Numbered from the stretch's first letter, positions 1 to 9,765 are shown. The stretch is DNA of 64,000 nucleotides from Thermoproteota archaeon (GCA_030550585.1 JAUQPB010000001.1:480001-544000), one strand, 5' to 3'. A program made the numbers and translations. Notes: generated by a model not told the origin, from the sequence alone.

Positions 1-552
1 TAGGCTATAGGTTACAGCATTTGCTTCTTCAGTTATCTTCCTAGCAGCATCCTCCTCAACAGCTATGCTTTGAATGCCTATAACCCCTTCTTCATCATCG
101 ATATAGCCACCTAAAGCAACTATAGCTGTCCTCTGAAACCCCGTAGTATTGGAGCCATCTATAACAATCTTTCTCATAACATGGACTTCATCAACAATAA
201 ATGAGTTGAACGATATTGCAAGCGCTAAAGCAGTTATGAGAGCCTCCCTATTTAGTGGGTGAGGAGGCTCTTCATCAAGCTCAACAAGACATGACGCATC
301 CAATGGCGCAAGATATTTGTAGAGACGCTTTCTTTGGAACTCGAATGCCGCGGCTGTATCCACTTCTCCAAGCTCGCTCCTAGTAGCTCGTAGAAACCTT
401 ACAAAAGAAACTGACTTGGACAGCTTTTCATCGTCAACAAGTTTAACAGGACAATTACAGAATAATTTTGTATGTGTATTCAATTGTTGGTGTATCTCAA
501 GACCTACCTTTAAACCAACTTCCCTGTAATCAATGTTTGTAGGCACAGTCAA
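1..552 (-). CDS. gatE: Glu-tRNA(Gln) amidotransferase subunit E, 5' part (runs off window start)
   Basis: Manual minus-strand translation: [29 protein letters not shown]...[14 protein letters not shown]...[12 protein letters not shown]...[18 protein letters not shown]. Start uncertain (TTG 552, GTG 546 or ATA 567). Confidence 0.93.
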   Translation of the reverse strand, partial: MTVPTNIDYREVGLKVGLEIHQQLNTHTKLFCNCPVKLVDDEKLSKSVSFVRFLRATRSELGEVDTAAAFEFQRKRLYKYLAPLDASCLVELDEEPPHPLNREALITALALAISFNSFIVDEVHVMRKIVIDGSNTTGFQRTAIVALGGYIDDEEGVIGIQSIAVEEDAARKITEEANAVTYSL

Positions 553-708
553 GGCTGCTTTTGCTATGGATACTCACCTCAGTACAAGTCTCTTCATTTC
601 TGATTTTAATGCTTTATTGCTAAATTGCTAGCTACAGCCACAAAGAAAATGATTAGTAATTACACACATCTACACAATTAAATGGTTTAAAACAAAATTA
701 AATAGCCT

Positions 709-918
709 CTACTTTTGGGCTGCAGAGGCAGCTTTTCTTGGAACAGATGACGGTGGAACTACCGTAGGTACTGGAAGCCCCTGGGCTTTCCTCTGCCTTA
801 TCCAATATTCTCGCCTGTTTCTGATTCTAGGTACAAGGTTTCTCTTGGGTTTTGGGGCTATCTTCGGTGTTTGGCTTCTTACTTTACCAGCCTTTGTAAG
901 GGATCCATGCGATGGCAC
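709..918 (-). CDS. rps30e: 30S ribosomal protein S30e
   Basis: [20 protein letters not shown] signature. Confidence 0.95.
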   Translation of the reverse strand: MPSHGSLTKAGKVRSQTPKIAPKPKRNLVPRIRNRREYWIRQRKAQGLPVPTVVPPSSVPRKAASAAQK

Positions 919-1027
919 AAGACAACACCTGCTTTAGACATTCTAGACTTGGATTAACTTATAAGGTTTTATGCACATGATATGGGCTTAGCATAGATGC
1001 TGGGTAAGATAGGCTCTTTCAATATAA

Positions 1028-1035
1028 TTTATATA
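1028..1035 (+). promoter_or_regulatory. TATA box of nop5
   Basis: TTTATATA ending about 43 bp upstream of the nop5 ATG. Confidence 0.6.
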
Positions 1036-1077
1036 TCTTCTACAACATATAGAAAAATGCTGAAGTAAGGTGCATAT

Positions 1078-2313
1078 ATGATGAGTGAAAGGATATACAT
1101 TGTTGATACACCAATAGGAGTGTTTGCACTAAATCCAAATGGCGAGGTTATAGATAGTCTAGTTTATCCTAAAGACATAGGTAAAGTTGTTGAGGAGATG
1201 CTGTTAACAAGTGAAAGCAAGACCAGCAACACATTGCTTCAGCTATTGGAGTCTCTGAAGAGCAAGATTGATGTGAATAAAGCTGTTTTAGTCTTTGAGG
1301 ATTCTGAAATCGCTAGACAGGTAGGTGAAATAGGATTTAAAACAGTTGTCGAGGTTTCAAATGCTGTAGCCAGGAACTTGCGAAGAGAATTACCAGCTAT
1401 GGCTGTGAAGCTTGGGATATTTAAGACAGAGGATGATTATAGAGAGTATGTGCATCAGATATCCCTTGAGCTTACCAGAAGAAAGCTCAGAAAATTCGCG
1501 CAAAAGAGAGATCTGCTTGCTATTCAAGCTATTAGAGCCATTGACGATATTGATAAGACTCTAAATCTACTTGCGGCAAGGTTGAGAGAGTGGTACAGCA
1601 TTCACTTCCCAGAACTAGACGATATAGCCAAGGAACACGAAGAGTATATAAAGATTGTTGCTGAGCTCGGCTTCAGGGATAGCATATCGCCGGAGGCTCT
1701 CACCAAACTAGGAATCTCAGAAGGTAGGGCAAAGAAGATAGCAGAGGCAGCTAAACAGAGCATAGGTGCAGATCTCTCTGAGATGGACATGAACATCATC
1801 CAGACAGTTGCAAATATATGGCTTGAACTATTCGAGCTTAGACAAAAGCTTACAGACTATATAACACAGGTAATGAAGGAGGTAGCTCCGAATGTAACAG
1901 CATTAGTTGGTCCATTGCTAGGCGCAAGGTTGCTTAGCTTGGCTGGAAGCCTAGAAGAGTTGGCCAAGCTACCAGCAAGCACAGTTCAAGTTCTTGGTGC
2001 AGAAAAAGCGTTGTTTAGGGCTCTGAGAACAGGTGGCAAACCCCCGAAGCATGGTGTAATATTCCAGTTTCCAGAGATTAGAAAAGCTCCAAAGTGGCAG
2101 AGAGGTAAGATTTCAAGGGCTTTGGCAACAAAACTTAGCATAGCGGCTAGAATAGACTTCTTCACGGGTAGATATGTTGGTGAAGAATTGAAGCAGAAAT
2201 TGATGGAGAGAATAGAGGAGATAAAGAAGCTATATCCAAAACCACCGAAGAAGGAAGCTAAAGAGGCTAGGCCAAGACCACGCAGAGAAGGTAGGAGAGA
2301 AGGACGGAAATAG
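1078..2313 (+). CDS. nop5: Box C/D RNP subunit Nop5 (Nop56/58)
   Basis: REWYSIHFPEL, LPASTVQVLGAEKALFRAL, PPKHGVIF motifs; basic tail; adjacent to fibrillarin. Confidence 0.97.
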   Translation: MMSERIYIVDTPIGVFALNPNGEVIDSLVYPKDIGKVVEEMLLTSESKTSNTLLQLLESLKSKIDVNKAVLVFEDSEIARQVGEIGFKTVVEVSNAVARNLRRELPAMAVKLGIFKTEDDYREYVHQISLELTRRKLRKFAQKRDLLAIQAIRAIDDIDKTLNLLAARLREWYSIHFPELDDIAKEHEEYIKIVAELGFRDSISPEALTKLGISEGRAKKIAEAAKQSIGADLSEMDMNIIQTVANIWLELFELRQKLTDYITQVMKEVAPNVTALVGPLLGARLLSLAGSLEELAKLPASTVQVLGAEKALFRALRTGGKPPKHGVIFQFPEIRKAPKWQRGKISRALATKLSIAARIDFFTGRYVGEELKQKLMERIEEIKKLYPKPPKKEAKEARPRPRREGRREGRK

Positions 2314-2326
2314 ATAGATGAATAGG

Positions 2327-2334
2327 TTTATATA
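2327..2334 (+). promoter_or_regulatory. TATA box of fibrillarin gene
   Basis: TTTATATA in the nop5-flpA spacer. Confidence 0.5.
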
Positions 2335-2385
2335 AGCTAAAATTTTGATTTAGTATAGCTAAGTATAAGAGAAAGGCGAAAGGCA

Positions 2386-3093
2386 ATGTCATATTTGGCA
2401 GCAACAAACATTTATGAGCATCCTAAATATCCTAGGGTATATATTGTAGAGCTTGAAGATGGTAGTAGCAAACTAGCTACAAAGAACCTCGTTCCAGGGA
2501 AGAGGGTGTATGGCGAACACCTATTCAAATGGAAAGATGGGGAATACAGAGAGTGGAACGCCTATAGAAGCAAGTTGGCTGGAGCCCTTGTAAAGGGATT
2601 GAAAGAGTTGCCTATAAAGGAAGGGCAGAAGATACTTTACCTCGGAGCAGGATCTGGCACAACAGCAAGCCACATATCTGATATAATAGGCTTAAAGGGA
2701 GCTGTTTATGCAGTTGAATTCGCTCCAAGGGTAATGAGAGAACTGATTGTAGTAGCAGATGATAGACCAAATATTATACCAATCCTAGAGGATGCAAGGT
2801 TTCCAGCGAGATATAGGATAATTGTTGAAGAGGTTGACGGAGTTTATGCAGATGTGGCCCAGCCCGAGCAGGCAAGCATAGTCGCTGATAATGCAGACAT
2901 GTTTTTGAAGAGCGGTGGATGGCTACTATTGGCTATAAAGGCGAGAAGCATTGATGTTACAGCAGAGCCCAGCGAGGTTTACAAGAAAGAGATTGAAACA
3001 TTAAATAGGAGAGGATTCGAAATAATTGATGTTGTCCATCTGGAGCCTTTCGATAAGGATCATGCCATGGTCTACGCCATCTACAAGAAATAG
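2386..3093 (+). CDS. flpA: Fibrillarin-like rRNA/tRNA 2'-O-methyltransferase
   Basis: VYGE, YREWNAYRSKLA, LYLGAGSGTTASH, DVAQP, LEPFDKDHA. Confidence 0.97.
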   Translation: MSYLAATNIYEHPKYPRVYIVELEDGSSKLATKNLVPGKRVYGEHLFKWKDGEYREWNAYRSKLAGALVKGLKELPIKEGQKILYLGAGSGTTASHISDIIGLKGAVYAVEFAPRVMRELIVVADDRPNIIPILEDARFPARYRIIVEEVDGVYADVAQPEQASIVADNADMFLKSGGWLLLAIKARSIDVTAEPSEVYKKEIETLNRRGFEIIDVVHLEPFDKDHAMVYAIYKK

Positions 3094-3180
3094 TAGGTAG
3101 CTTTGATGAACATATTTTAAGATTTTGAACAACAATTTTTGATGTAACACCCCGGCTAATACTGGCGTTGGGTAAACGGT

Positions 3181-4188
3181 GTGAACGGATATAGCAAAGA
3201 CGGTGCTAATATGGAATACAAGGGTTCTAGAGGGGATGTAGATAAGATATTGTCTAATTTAGTTAAAGCTAGAGGAACAAATATTCTGCACAAGGTGACA
3301 TATCCTAGGGATAGATCGGTTGATCATATAATTGAACATAAAAACTGCAAGACACTGTTAAAGTTCGCAGACAATATATCTTCTCGGGGTAGGCTGTATC
3401 AAGAGCTTAAAAAACTATCAAAAGAACTAAACGTAAACTCTCTTATAGTAGCCAATAAACTAAATGATGAGATGTTGATGCATGAGGTTTTATATATAAG
3501 GGGGCGCCTAGGCCTAGTCTCAACTTATACAATTAAACATTATGCTGCAGGAGATAAGGTCTTTGTATATGAATACAATGGAATGCTATATGTTAAAATT
3601 GATGGAAAGAAACTCAAAGCTCTGAGAGAACAGAAGGGGTTTAGGATACACGAACTTGCAAATGCTGTAGGCGTCTCGGCTAAGGCTTTGAAGGACTATG
3701 AAGATGATAAAATGGATATGACCGTAGAGAGGGCATATAGATTTTTAGAGATTTTTGGAAATGAATTTGAGGACGTTATTGAGGAAGTCGACATCTTCAG
3801 GGATAGAATAATTCAAAAAGAAACTGAAGATCATTCATATAATATAAAAGTCTCTACAGACAAAAGAGCTAAAATTGTAGACAGATTGAGAAGCTATGGA
3901 CTAAAGGCAAACATTTACAACTCCATTCCATCAGATATTATTACAAGCGATGAAAACATCAGATTTTTCATATCTTACATAGAGAGGAGCCTAAGCGAAG
4001 ATGATATAAAGTCAAAATGTGAAAACAATTACTTTTTTGCAAAGACATTCAAAGGAATGCCAGTTGTTGTAGTAGATGATGATATCGATAGAAATAGAAT
4101 TTCATCGATTGAAGAATACGGCTATGTAAGCAAAGTTTCGAACATTGGGCAGTTGGCTAGGGAAATTGTAGAGGAGACCAAAAGATGA
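3181..4188 (+). CDS. Archaeal cro/C1-type HTH transcriptional regulator (COG1395-like); start may be ATG 3211
   Basis: Central HTH KIDGKKLKALREQKGFRIHELANAVGVSAKALKDYE preceded by GMLYVKIDG; length typical of the family. Confidence 0.7.
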   Translation: MNGYSKDGANMEYKGSRGDVDKILSNLVKARGTNILHKVTYPRDRSVDHIIEHKNCKTLLKFADNISSRGRLYQELKKLSKELNVNSLIVANKLNDEMLMHEVLYIRGRLGLVSTYTIKHYAAGDKVFVYEYNGMLYVKIDGKKLKALREQKGFRIHELANAVGVSAKALKDYEDDKMDMTVERAYRFLEIFGNEFEDVIEEVDIFRDRIIQKETEDHSYNIKVSTDKRAKIVDRLRSYGLKANIYNSIPSDIITSDENIRFFISYIERSLSEDDIKSKCENNYFFAKTFKGMPVVVVDDDIDRNRISSIEEYGYVSKVSNIGQLAREIVEETKR

Positions 4189-4194
4189 TAACAT

Positions 4195-4764
4195 ATGATT
4201 AGACTTGCAATAACTGGAGATCCAGGTGTTGGAAAAACAACACTACTACTAAAGCTAGTTAAATACATAGCTTCTGTGGGCGTCTCTGTTTACGGATTTT
4301 ATTGTCCCGAGGTTCGAGAAGAAGGAAGAAGGATAGGATTCAAAATAGTGGACATAGCAAAAAATAGTGAGGGGTGGCTAGCTCTAGTACCTGAAAAAGC
4401 TATTGAAATGGGTTACAACATTAGCGTTCTTAAGAAGATTGGTAGATATGTTCTAATACATGATGAGGCAGAGAGAATAGGTAAAGAAGCTCTAGCGTTG
4501 TATGATACAAGCGCTGTTTTGGTAATAGATGAAATAGGCCCCATGGAGCTCTCCATAGGTGGTCTACGTGAAGCAATAATAAAGGCAATAAAATTAAGTA
4601 GCAATCTAATGGTAACAATTCATAGGAATATGAGAGACAAAGAGATATGGGACTTACTACATAGTAAAGGAGTAGAGATTGTAGTACTGACCAAAATGAA
4701 CAGAGACAAAATGTTTGACACAATAATTGATAGAATAAGAGACAAAATATCGAAAATAACATGA
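4195..4764 (+). CDS. NTPase of THEP1/NTPase_1 family
   Basis: ITGDPGVGKTT, GFYCPEVREEGRRIGF, VIDEIGPMEL. Confidence 0.92.
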   Translation: MIRLAITGDPGVGKTTLLLKLVKYIASVGVSVYGFYCPEVREEGRRIGFKIVDIAKNSEGWLALVPEKAIEMGYNISVLKKIGRYVLIHDEAERIGKEALALYDTSAVLVIDEIGPMELSIGGLREAIIKAIKLSSNLMVTIHRNMRDKEIWDLLHSKGVEIVVLTKMNRDKMFDTIIDRIRDKISKIT

Positions 4765-4854
4765 AGTAACATAGTCCGAGACCTCATTTACTCACTGCAA
4801 TCATAATTGGCATCACCTTAATAATGCTGGCTCCTTACCATATAGTGACCAACG

Positions 4855-6105
4855 ATGTTAAACGAATGTCCTGCAAACCATGATCTAGTACTTGAAGGAT
4901 TAGCAAAGATTTGTATACCAAGCATCGAGCTGTATAAAAGGCCGGATGGCGTATATGAACCTTCATGGGCCCCCACATTCTACAACCCTGAAATGGTCGA
5001 AAACAGGGACATCACAATAGCAGTCCTATACACAACCATGGCTCAATCAACTAGAGGGGAGAAGGATTTCGTTTTTGTTGATCCAATGGCCGCAACTGGT
5101 GTAAGAAGCATTAGATTTGTCTTAGAAGTGGGAGAGCAGCTAAAAAGACCACTACATATCTACATAGGCGACATCTCACCAACTGCTATTGATGTTATCA
5201 AACATAATTTGCGTATTAATAAAATAAACGATTTTTCTAATGTAAATATATCAATCAATTTGATGGATGCAAACGAGCATGTATACTATTTAAAAAGAAA
5301 CAATGTAGCCATAGACTACATCGACGTTGATCCCTTTGGCTCTCCAGCACCATACATACACTCAGCTATTGCATCAATAAAAAGAGGAGGATTAATAGGG
5401 GTTACAGCAACAGATGTTGCCGTCCTAGAAGGAAAATATAGCAATACTTTACTTAGAAGATATGGTATAAAAGGAACAAAAACACAGATATCTAAGGAGA
5501 TTGCCACAAGAGCTCTACTATCATTTTTATTAAGGGTTGCCACAATTTATGATAGATTTATCGAACCTATAGTCTCATATCAATTCAAACACTATGTCAG
5601 AACCTTTATAAGAGTTTTTGAAGGTGCTAGCAAAGCCGATTACTACATATCTAAATGTATTGGTAAAGCATGGCACTGTCCATCTTGTGGCCATAGTTTT
5701 TTTGAAGCAATTGATGAAAAATCTGTACAGAGATCCTGTCCTATTTGTGGAGGTAGTATGGTTTCTATAGAGCCATTGTGGATTTGCAACCTTAATAACG
5801 CACATTACACAAAATCTGTTTATCTAAATGCAGCTGGAATGCCATGGCTAAGAAAAGATTCTTTAAACATTCTTAGCATTTTAAGCGAATCAGAATATGA
5901 ATCTCCAACTATAAGAATTAGCCAATTGGCTAAGAGACTTAAAATAAACATACCTCCTATATCGCTGGTAATCAATTGTTTGAAAGAGCATGGTAGCGGG
6001 GCCCATAGAAGTATTTTCTATGATGATGGGATTGTAACAAATGCACCAGTGGAGCTTGTTATTAAGTGCATAAAATCAGCTTCCAAATCAGGTTCTTCGA
6101 GTTAA
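4855..6105 (+). CDS. trm1: tRNA (guanine26-N2)-dimethyltransferase
   Basis: FYNPEMVENRD, ATGVRSIRF, IDVDPFGSPAPY, VTATD, CxxC...CxxC. Confidence 0.94.
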   Translation: MLNECPANHDLVLEGLAKICIPSIELYKRPDGVYEPSWAPTFYNPEMVENRDITIAVLYTTMAQSTRGEKDFVFVDPMAATGVRSIRFVLEVGEQLKRPLHIYIGDISPTAIDVIKHNLRINKINDFSNVNISINLMDANEHVYYLKRNNVAIDYIDVDPFGSPAPYIHSAIASIKRGGLIGVTATDVAVLEGKYSNTLLRRYGIKGTKTQISKEIATRALLSFLLRVATIYDRFIEPIVSYQFKHYVRTFIRVFEGASKADYYISKCIGKAWHCPSCGHSFFEAIDEKSVQRSCPICGGSMVSIEPLWICNLNNAHYTKSVYLNAAGMPWLRKDSLNILSILSESEYESPTIRISQLAKRLKINIPPISLVINCLKEHGSGAHRSIFYDDGIVTNAPVELVIKCIKSASKSGSSS

Positions 6106-6137
6106 TAATACCTAATAGGTAAGATCATATTGCATTT

Positions 6138-6575
6138 CTAGGCCACATCAACGTTTTTATTTGTGTTATTCGATATCTTTGTGAAGAGATATCGAGATAG
6201 GATTGCACATCTACTTGGAGTATGAACTTTGTCAATTCCACATACAGAGAGATACTTGCATGTTATACATGGAATTTCAGAAAGATCCTTAGACAAAATT
6301 TCTATATCCTCACTCTTCTTTTGAGCATCTTCAATAACTGCTTTTAGGAAGTATGCTGTCTTGCCATTGCTTTCTATCTTCAATCTTTTAACCAGCTTTA
6401 GTTTAATCAGTTTTTTTACAATGTGTTGTAATGTTCTTGGCTTTATATTTCTGAGCTCGGGCATTTCTTTCAACTTTCTCTGCCAAACACCTCCTGAACT
6501 ATATGTCTCCTTCTTGATGATATCATACACAATTTTCTCAGCATCACTAAGATTATCGAACGATATTTTTCTCAC
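6138..6575 (-). CDS. wHTH plus Cys-rich protein, likely TFE-beta (RPC39/C34-like, Fe-S)
   Basis: N-terminal wHTH (GGVWQRKL), C-terminal IPCITC-x4-C...RC; directly downstream of tfb, as in Sulfolobales. Confidence 0.75.
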   Translation of the reverse strand: MRKISFDNLSDAEKIVYDIIKKETYSSGGVWQRKLKEMPELRNIKPRTLQHIVKKLIKLKLVKRLKIESNGKTAYFLKAVIEDAQKKSEDIEILSKDLSEIPCITCKYLSVCGIDKVHTPSRCAILSRYLFTKISNNTNKNVDVA

Positions 6576-6699
6576 CTTGTGTAGAACCCTCTCACAATAT
6601 ATGGTGTGCTATAAGGTCTAATAAATTCATCATAAAATTTTGTATTGCATTGTAATAGAATGACAAAACATCTTTATGTTGCTGGCGTTTTGAAGCAGT

Positions 6700-7563
6700 T
6701 TAAACATAAACTATTATGTTTAGCTTGTCGATTATATCCCTATACCTATTTCTAATAGTAACTTCTGTGACATTGGCAGCTTCTGCAACCTGTTTTTGTG
6801 TTTTCTTTTCATCCACAAGGATAGACGCTATATAGACTGTTGCAGCTGCTATACCGGCTGGGTCTTTTCCCTCGGTAAAGCCCTCTTTCTTTAGTATATC
6901 TATTATCTTGGCTGCCAACATATATGCCTTCTGACTCAGCTTCAAATTTGTTATTATATTCGGTAAATACTTGCGGGGGTCTATATATGCCTTAAACTCA
7001 TTTATATCAACTTTAAAGTAGATGTCTGAGATGAGCTTCCAGTATTCTTCTTCATCTATGCCAAACCTTGCCAGCATTTCCCTAACCCTTACCGGTATGC
7101 CATGCTTCCTAGCAGCTATAACTATTGAGGCTAAGGCCAATATTTTTAGTTTGTCAACTCTTGGTTGAATAACATTGAATATTTTGCGTAGAAGCATAGC
7201 CGCGGTTTCAGCAACTTGATCAGGTAGGTTAATTAAGGCACTCATTTGGTTTAGATGGGTAAGAGCCTCTACAATTTTTCTCTCGTTTTTGTCCACACGA
7301 GTTTTTCTCTGAAGCAATGCAAGTCTTCTATTCTTAACAGATTCCCTATATCTTTTTACCGAGAGATCTATTTCTGTGGCAAGCCCAGAATCATGAACCT
7401 TATAAGTTATGCTCCCTACATGTGCTCTCCTAAGCCACTCCTCTGATGTGTAAGCTCGCCAATCTGGACTAAGCAATATCTGCTCTTCTTCTATAACCTC
7501 TCCAGTATCTAAACATATGAGAGATCCTCTTTCACTATCAACAATAACATTTGTGCAACTCAT
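6700..7563 (-). CDS. tfb: Transcription initiation factor IIB paralog (TFB2-like by synteny)
   Basis: ICLDTGEV, PDWRAY, two cyclin repeats, GKDPAGIAAATVY, VTEVTIRNRY. Confidence 0.93.
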   Translation of the reverse strand: MSCTNVIVDSERGSLICLDTGEVIEEEQILLSPDWRAYTSEEWLRRAHVGSITYKVHDSGLATEIDLSVKRYRESVKNRRLALLQRKTRVDKNERKIVEALTHLNQMSALINLPDQVAETAAMLLRKIFNVIQPRVDKLKILALASIVIAARKHGIPVRVREMLARFGIDEEEYWKLISDIYFKVDINEFKAYIDPRKYLPNIITNLKLSQKAYMLAAKIIDILKKEGFTEGKDPAGIAAATVYIASILVDEKKTQKQVAEAANVTEVTIRNRYRDIIDKLNIIVYV

Positions 7564-7832
7564 TGTCTCTTACCTTTTCCCATTCTCTTTGTTCTATAAA
7601 ACAAGAACGTTGATGACTTTAAAAGCGACACAATGCCAGGCTTAACAGCCTTAACAACGGCAAAAGGTCTATCAACAGGCCCAATTATGTCAATGACTTT
7701 ACCTACAATTTCATTGTTGGCATCTAAGACTTCGGATCCCAATAGCGGTAAATTCTTTTTATCATGTATTTTTACAATGATGTATTTCGACCTTGTGATA
7801 TGGAGTACGCTTCCCAAGGGCCGCACAACCAA
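7560..7832 (-). CDS. gar1: H/ACA RNP subunit Gar1
   Basis: LGSVLH...VGKVIDIIGPVDRPFAVVK; adjacent to tfb. Confidence 0.85.
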   Translation of the reverse strand: MVVRPLGSVLHITRSKYIIVKIHDKKNLPLLGSEVLDANNEIVGKVIDIIGPVDRPFAVVKAVKPGIVSLLKSSTFLFYRTKRMGKGKRQ

Positions 7833-8008
7833 TTAAGTAACACCAGTATTGTAACTCTCGGTCAGCTGATTTTAAAAATATTAGACAAATAGTACTTTGC
7901 TACAAACAATATAACAGAAATTGTATTGAAAAACATGAGAGGTTATATTGCAAGGAGGGCTGCAGTTCCATGGAAATGTTGAAAAACATATTAGCAGAAG
8001 GTTTTTAA

Positions 8009-8299
8009 CTAAGTTTTATATGCCTTCTTTCTTCTATTGATTATTCTTTCAGCTAGTAACTTAATCACTTGATATTTACTTAAGTTGGTTTCTACTAAAA
8101 TCATGCCACCTTGTCTATACCAAACTCTTGGATACTTCTTACTTTCTAGATACTCACACTTGATGCCAAGTTCTGAGCATGCCTCTAAAAATTCTTCAGG
8201 TTTTGGATTGTCTACACATAACTGCTTAGAAATTTTTCGACCTAATCTTCTAGGTAGCGAGCAATTTAAGCTGTGAATCCATATGCGCTTTAATGTCAT
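8009..8299 (-). CDS. srp19: Signal recognition particle protein SRP19
   Basis: IW...RRLGRKISK...NPK...KKYPRVW...GMILVE; next to rps8e. Confidence 0.88.
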   Translation of the reverse strand: MTLKRIWIHSLNCSLPRRLGRKISKQLCVDNPKPEEFLEACSELGIKCEYLESKKYPRVWYRQGGMILVETNLSKYQVIKLLAERIINRRKKAYKT

Positions 8300-8341
8300 C
8301 GACTTACACGTTAAAAAGACTAGTTACATCATTTTATTAGG

Positions 8342-8737
8342 CTACTTCTTTGTCTCTTCAATTAATACAGCATTTACAGTACCTTCTTGAGACGGTCTTG
8401 AAATCACCTTTGCTTTTCCAATCTCCGTATTTATTATACTACCCTTCACAATTATACCACGTCTTGCAAGCTCTCTATTCGCAGGCGTCTCCACAACCTC
8501 AATTATCCTAGCCTTTACAAATTTCTTTTCAGACGGGTTGTAGACATTTGCAAAGGCCGCATATTTTAATCTAACCTTGAAATTGCCGCCATAGACCCTT
8601 TCCACTACTCTAACATCGGATTGCCCCACCTTTGTCTCTATAGGGTAGCTTCCAATCTCATATTTCCTAGGCTTTCTATGTCTTCTCTTCAACCCTCCTG
8701 TAATCTTTTTAAGATCATTGCCTTGGTAAAAGCCCAT
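8342..8737 (-). CDS. rps8e: 30S ribosomal protein S8e
   Basis: KKITGG...RKYEIG...GGNFKVRL...SRPSQEGTVNAVLI. Confidence 0.96.
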   Translation of the reverse strand: MGFYQGNDLKKITGGLKRRHRKPRKYEIGSYPIETKVGQSDVRVVERVYGGNFKVRLKYAAFANVYNPSEKKFVKARIIEVVETPANRELARRGIIVKGSIINTEIGKAKVISRPSQEGTVNAVLIEETKK

Positions 8738-8966
8738 TATACACAGCCTCTGATATGTACCTAGCCAAATACATTAATTTGTATTGGTATTGACTTTTAA
8801 ACTTTTATCCCCCATAGCCTATAGTGTACTTGTATTAGATATTGATATACTGTAGAGTGGGGGAGAAGGAACGTCAAAAAAATTTGGCACAACTTTAATA
8901 GACAAATTCTTTGACCTACTTCTGAAGCCACGGGTCCAAAAATTTCTTCAACCATTTCTAGATGCT

Positions 8967-9725
8967 GTGTACTCTATTTACGAACAATACCTGTATAAAC
9001 AAGTAATGGCCGGGCCCATGCCTCAGCATGTAGCTATAATTCCAGATGGCAATAGAAGATGGGCAAGAGAACGTGGGTTGGATCCTAAAGAGGGTCATAG
9101 ATATGGCTATGAAAAATTGAAAGAGGTTTTACAGACTCTGTACGATTTAGGGATACGCGTTGTAACAATATATGCAATGTCATATGAAAACTGTATTTAT
9201 AGAAACGAAGATGAAAAGAACAATCTATTTAATTTAATTAAATCAGGATTAAACACATTATTGAATGAGGGTATGATTCACAAGTATAAAGTAAATGTAA
9301 AGGTCTTTGGAAAGCTGGAACTGGTGCGCAGGGATCTGCTAGAAGATATATCAAATATTGAGAAGGTCTCATCTCAATATAGAGATAGGTTCTTGAATAT
9401 TGCACTATGCTATGGAGGTAGGCAAGAAATAGTTGATGCGATCAAGAACATTGCTATAGATGTGGTAGCTGGAAAGGTTAAGATAGACGATATATCTGAG
9501 GAACTAATAAAGAAATACATCTCAACATCTCATTTGAAAGATCTTTCAGAGCCAGATTTGGTTATCAGAACATCAGGTGAAATGAGGATAAGCAATTTCT
9601 TGCTATGGCAAATAGCATATAGCGAACTCTATTTCTGCGATGTTTATTGGCCCGACTTTAGAAAAATAGACTTGCTCAGAGCTATAAGATCATATCAAAG
9701 AAGAGAGCGTAGGTTTGGAAGATAA
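8967..9725 (+). CDS. uppS: cis-prenyltransferase (undecaprenyl/polyprenyl diphosphate synthase); true N-terminus probably further upstream
   Basis: PQHVAIIPDGNRRWA, YGGRQEI, PDLVIRTSGEMRISNFLLWQ, RRFG. Confidence 0.95.
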   Translation: MYSIYEQYLYKQVMAGPMPQHVAIIPDGNRRWARERGLDPKEGHRYGYEKLKEVLQTLYDLGIRVVTIYAMSYENCIYRNEDEKNNLFNLIKSGLNTLLNEGMIHKYKVNVKVFGKLELVRRDLLEDISNIEKVSSQYRDRFLNIALCYGGRQEIVDAIKNIAIDVVAGKVKIDDISEELIKKYISTSHLKDLSEPDLVIRTSGEMRISNFLLWQIAYSELYFCDVYWPDFRKIDLLRAIRSYQRRERRFGR

Positions 9726-9765
9726 AACAGATGGCTATGGCAATATAGTCAAAGCATTGACATCG

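Noticed and set aside
579-597. ATGAAGA...CTGA (minus strand) upstream of gatE
   Set aside because: Only half a C/D layout, no closing stem, and the C-like box probably lies upstream of the TSS.
3148-3156. CACCCCGGC complementary to the 5' end of tRNA-Ser
   Set aside because: A 9-nt match can occur by chance, and the flanking C/D boxes are too degenerate.
7965-7978. GTTCCATGGAAATG resembling an ORB
   Set aside because: Single copy, lacks the central base and downstream G-string of ORBs, and is far from cdc6.
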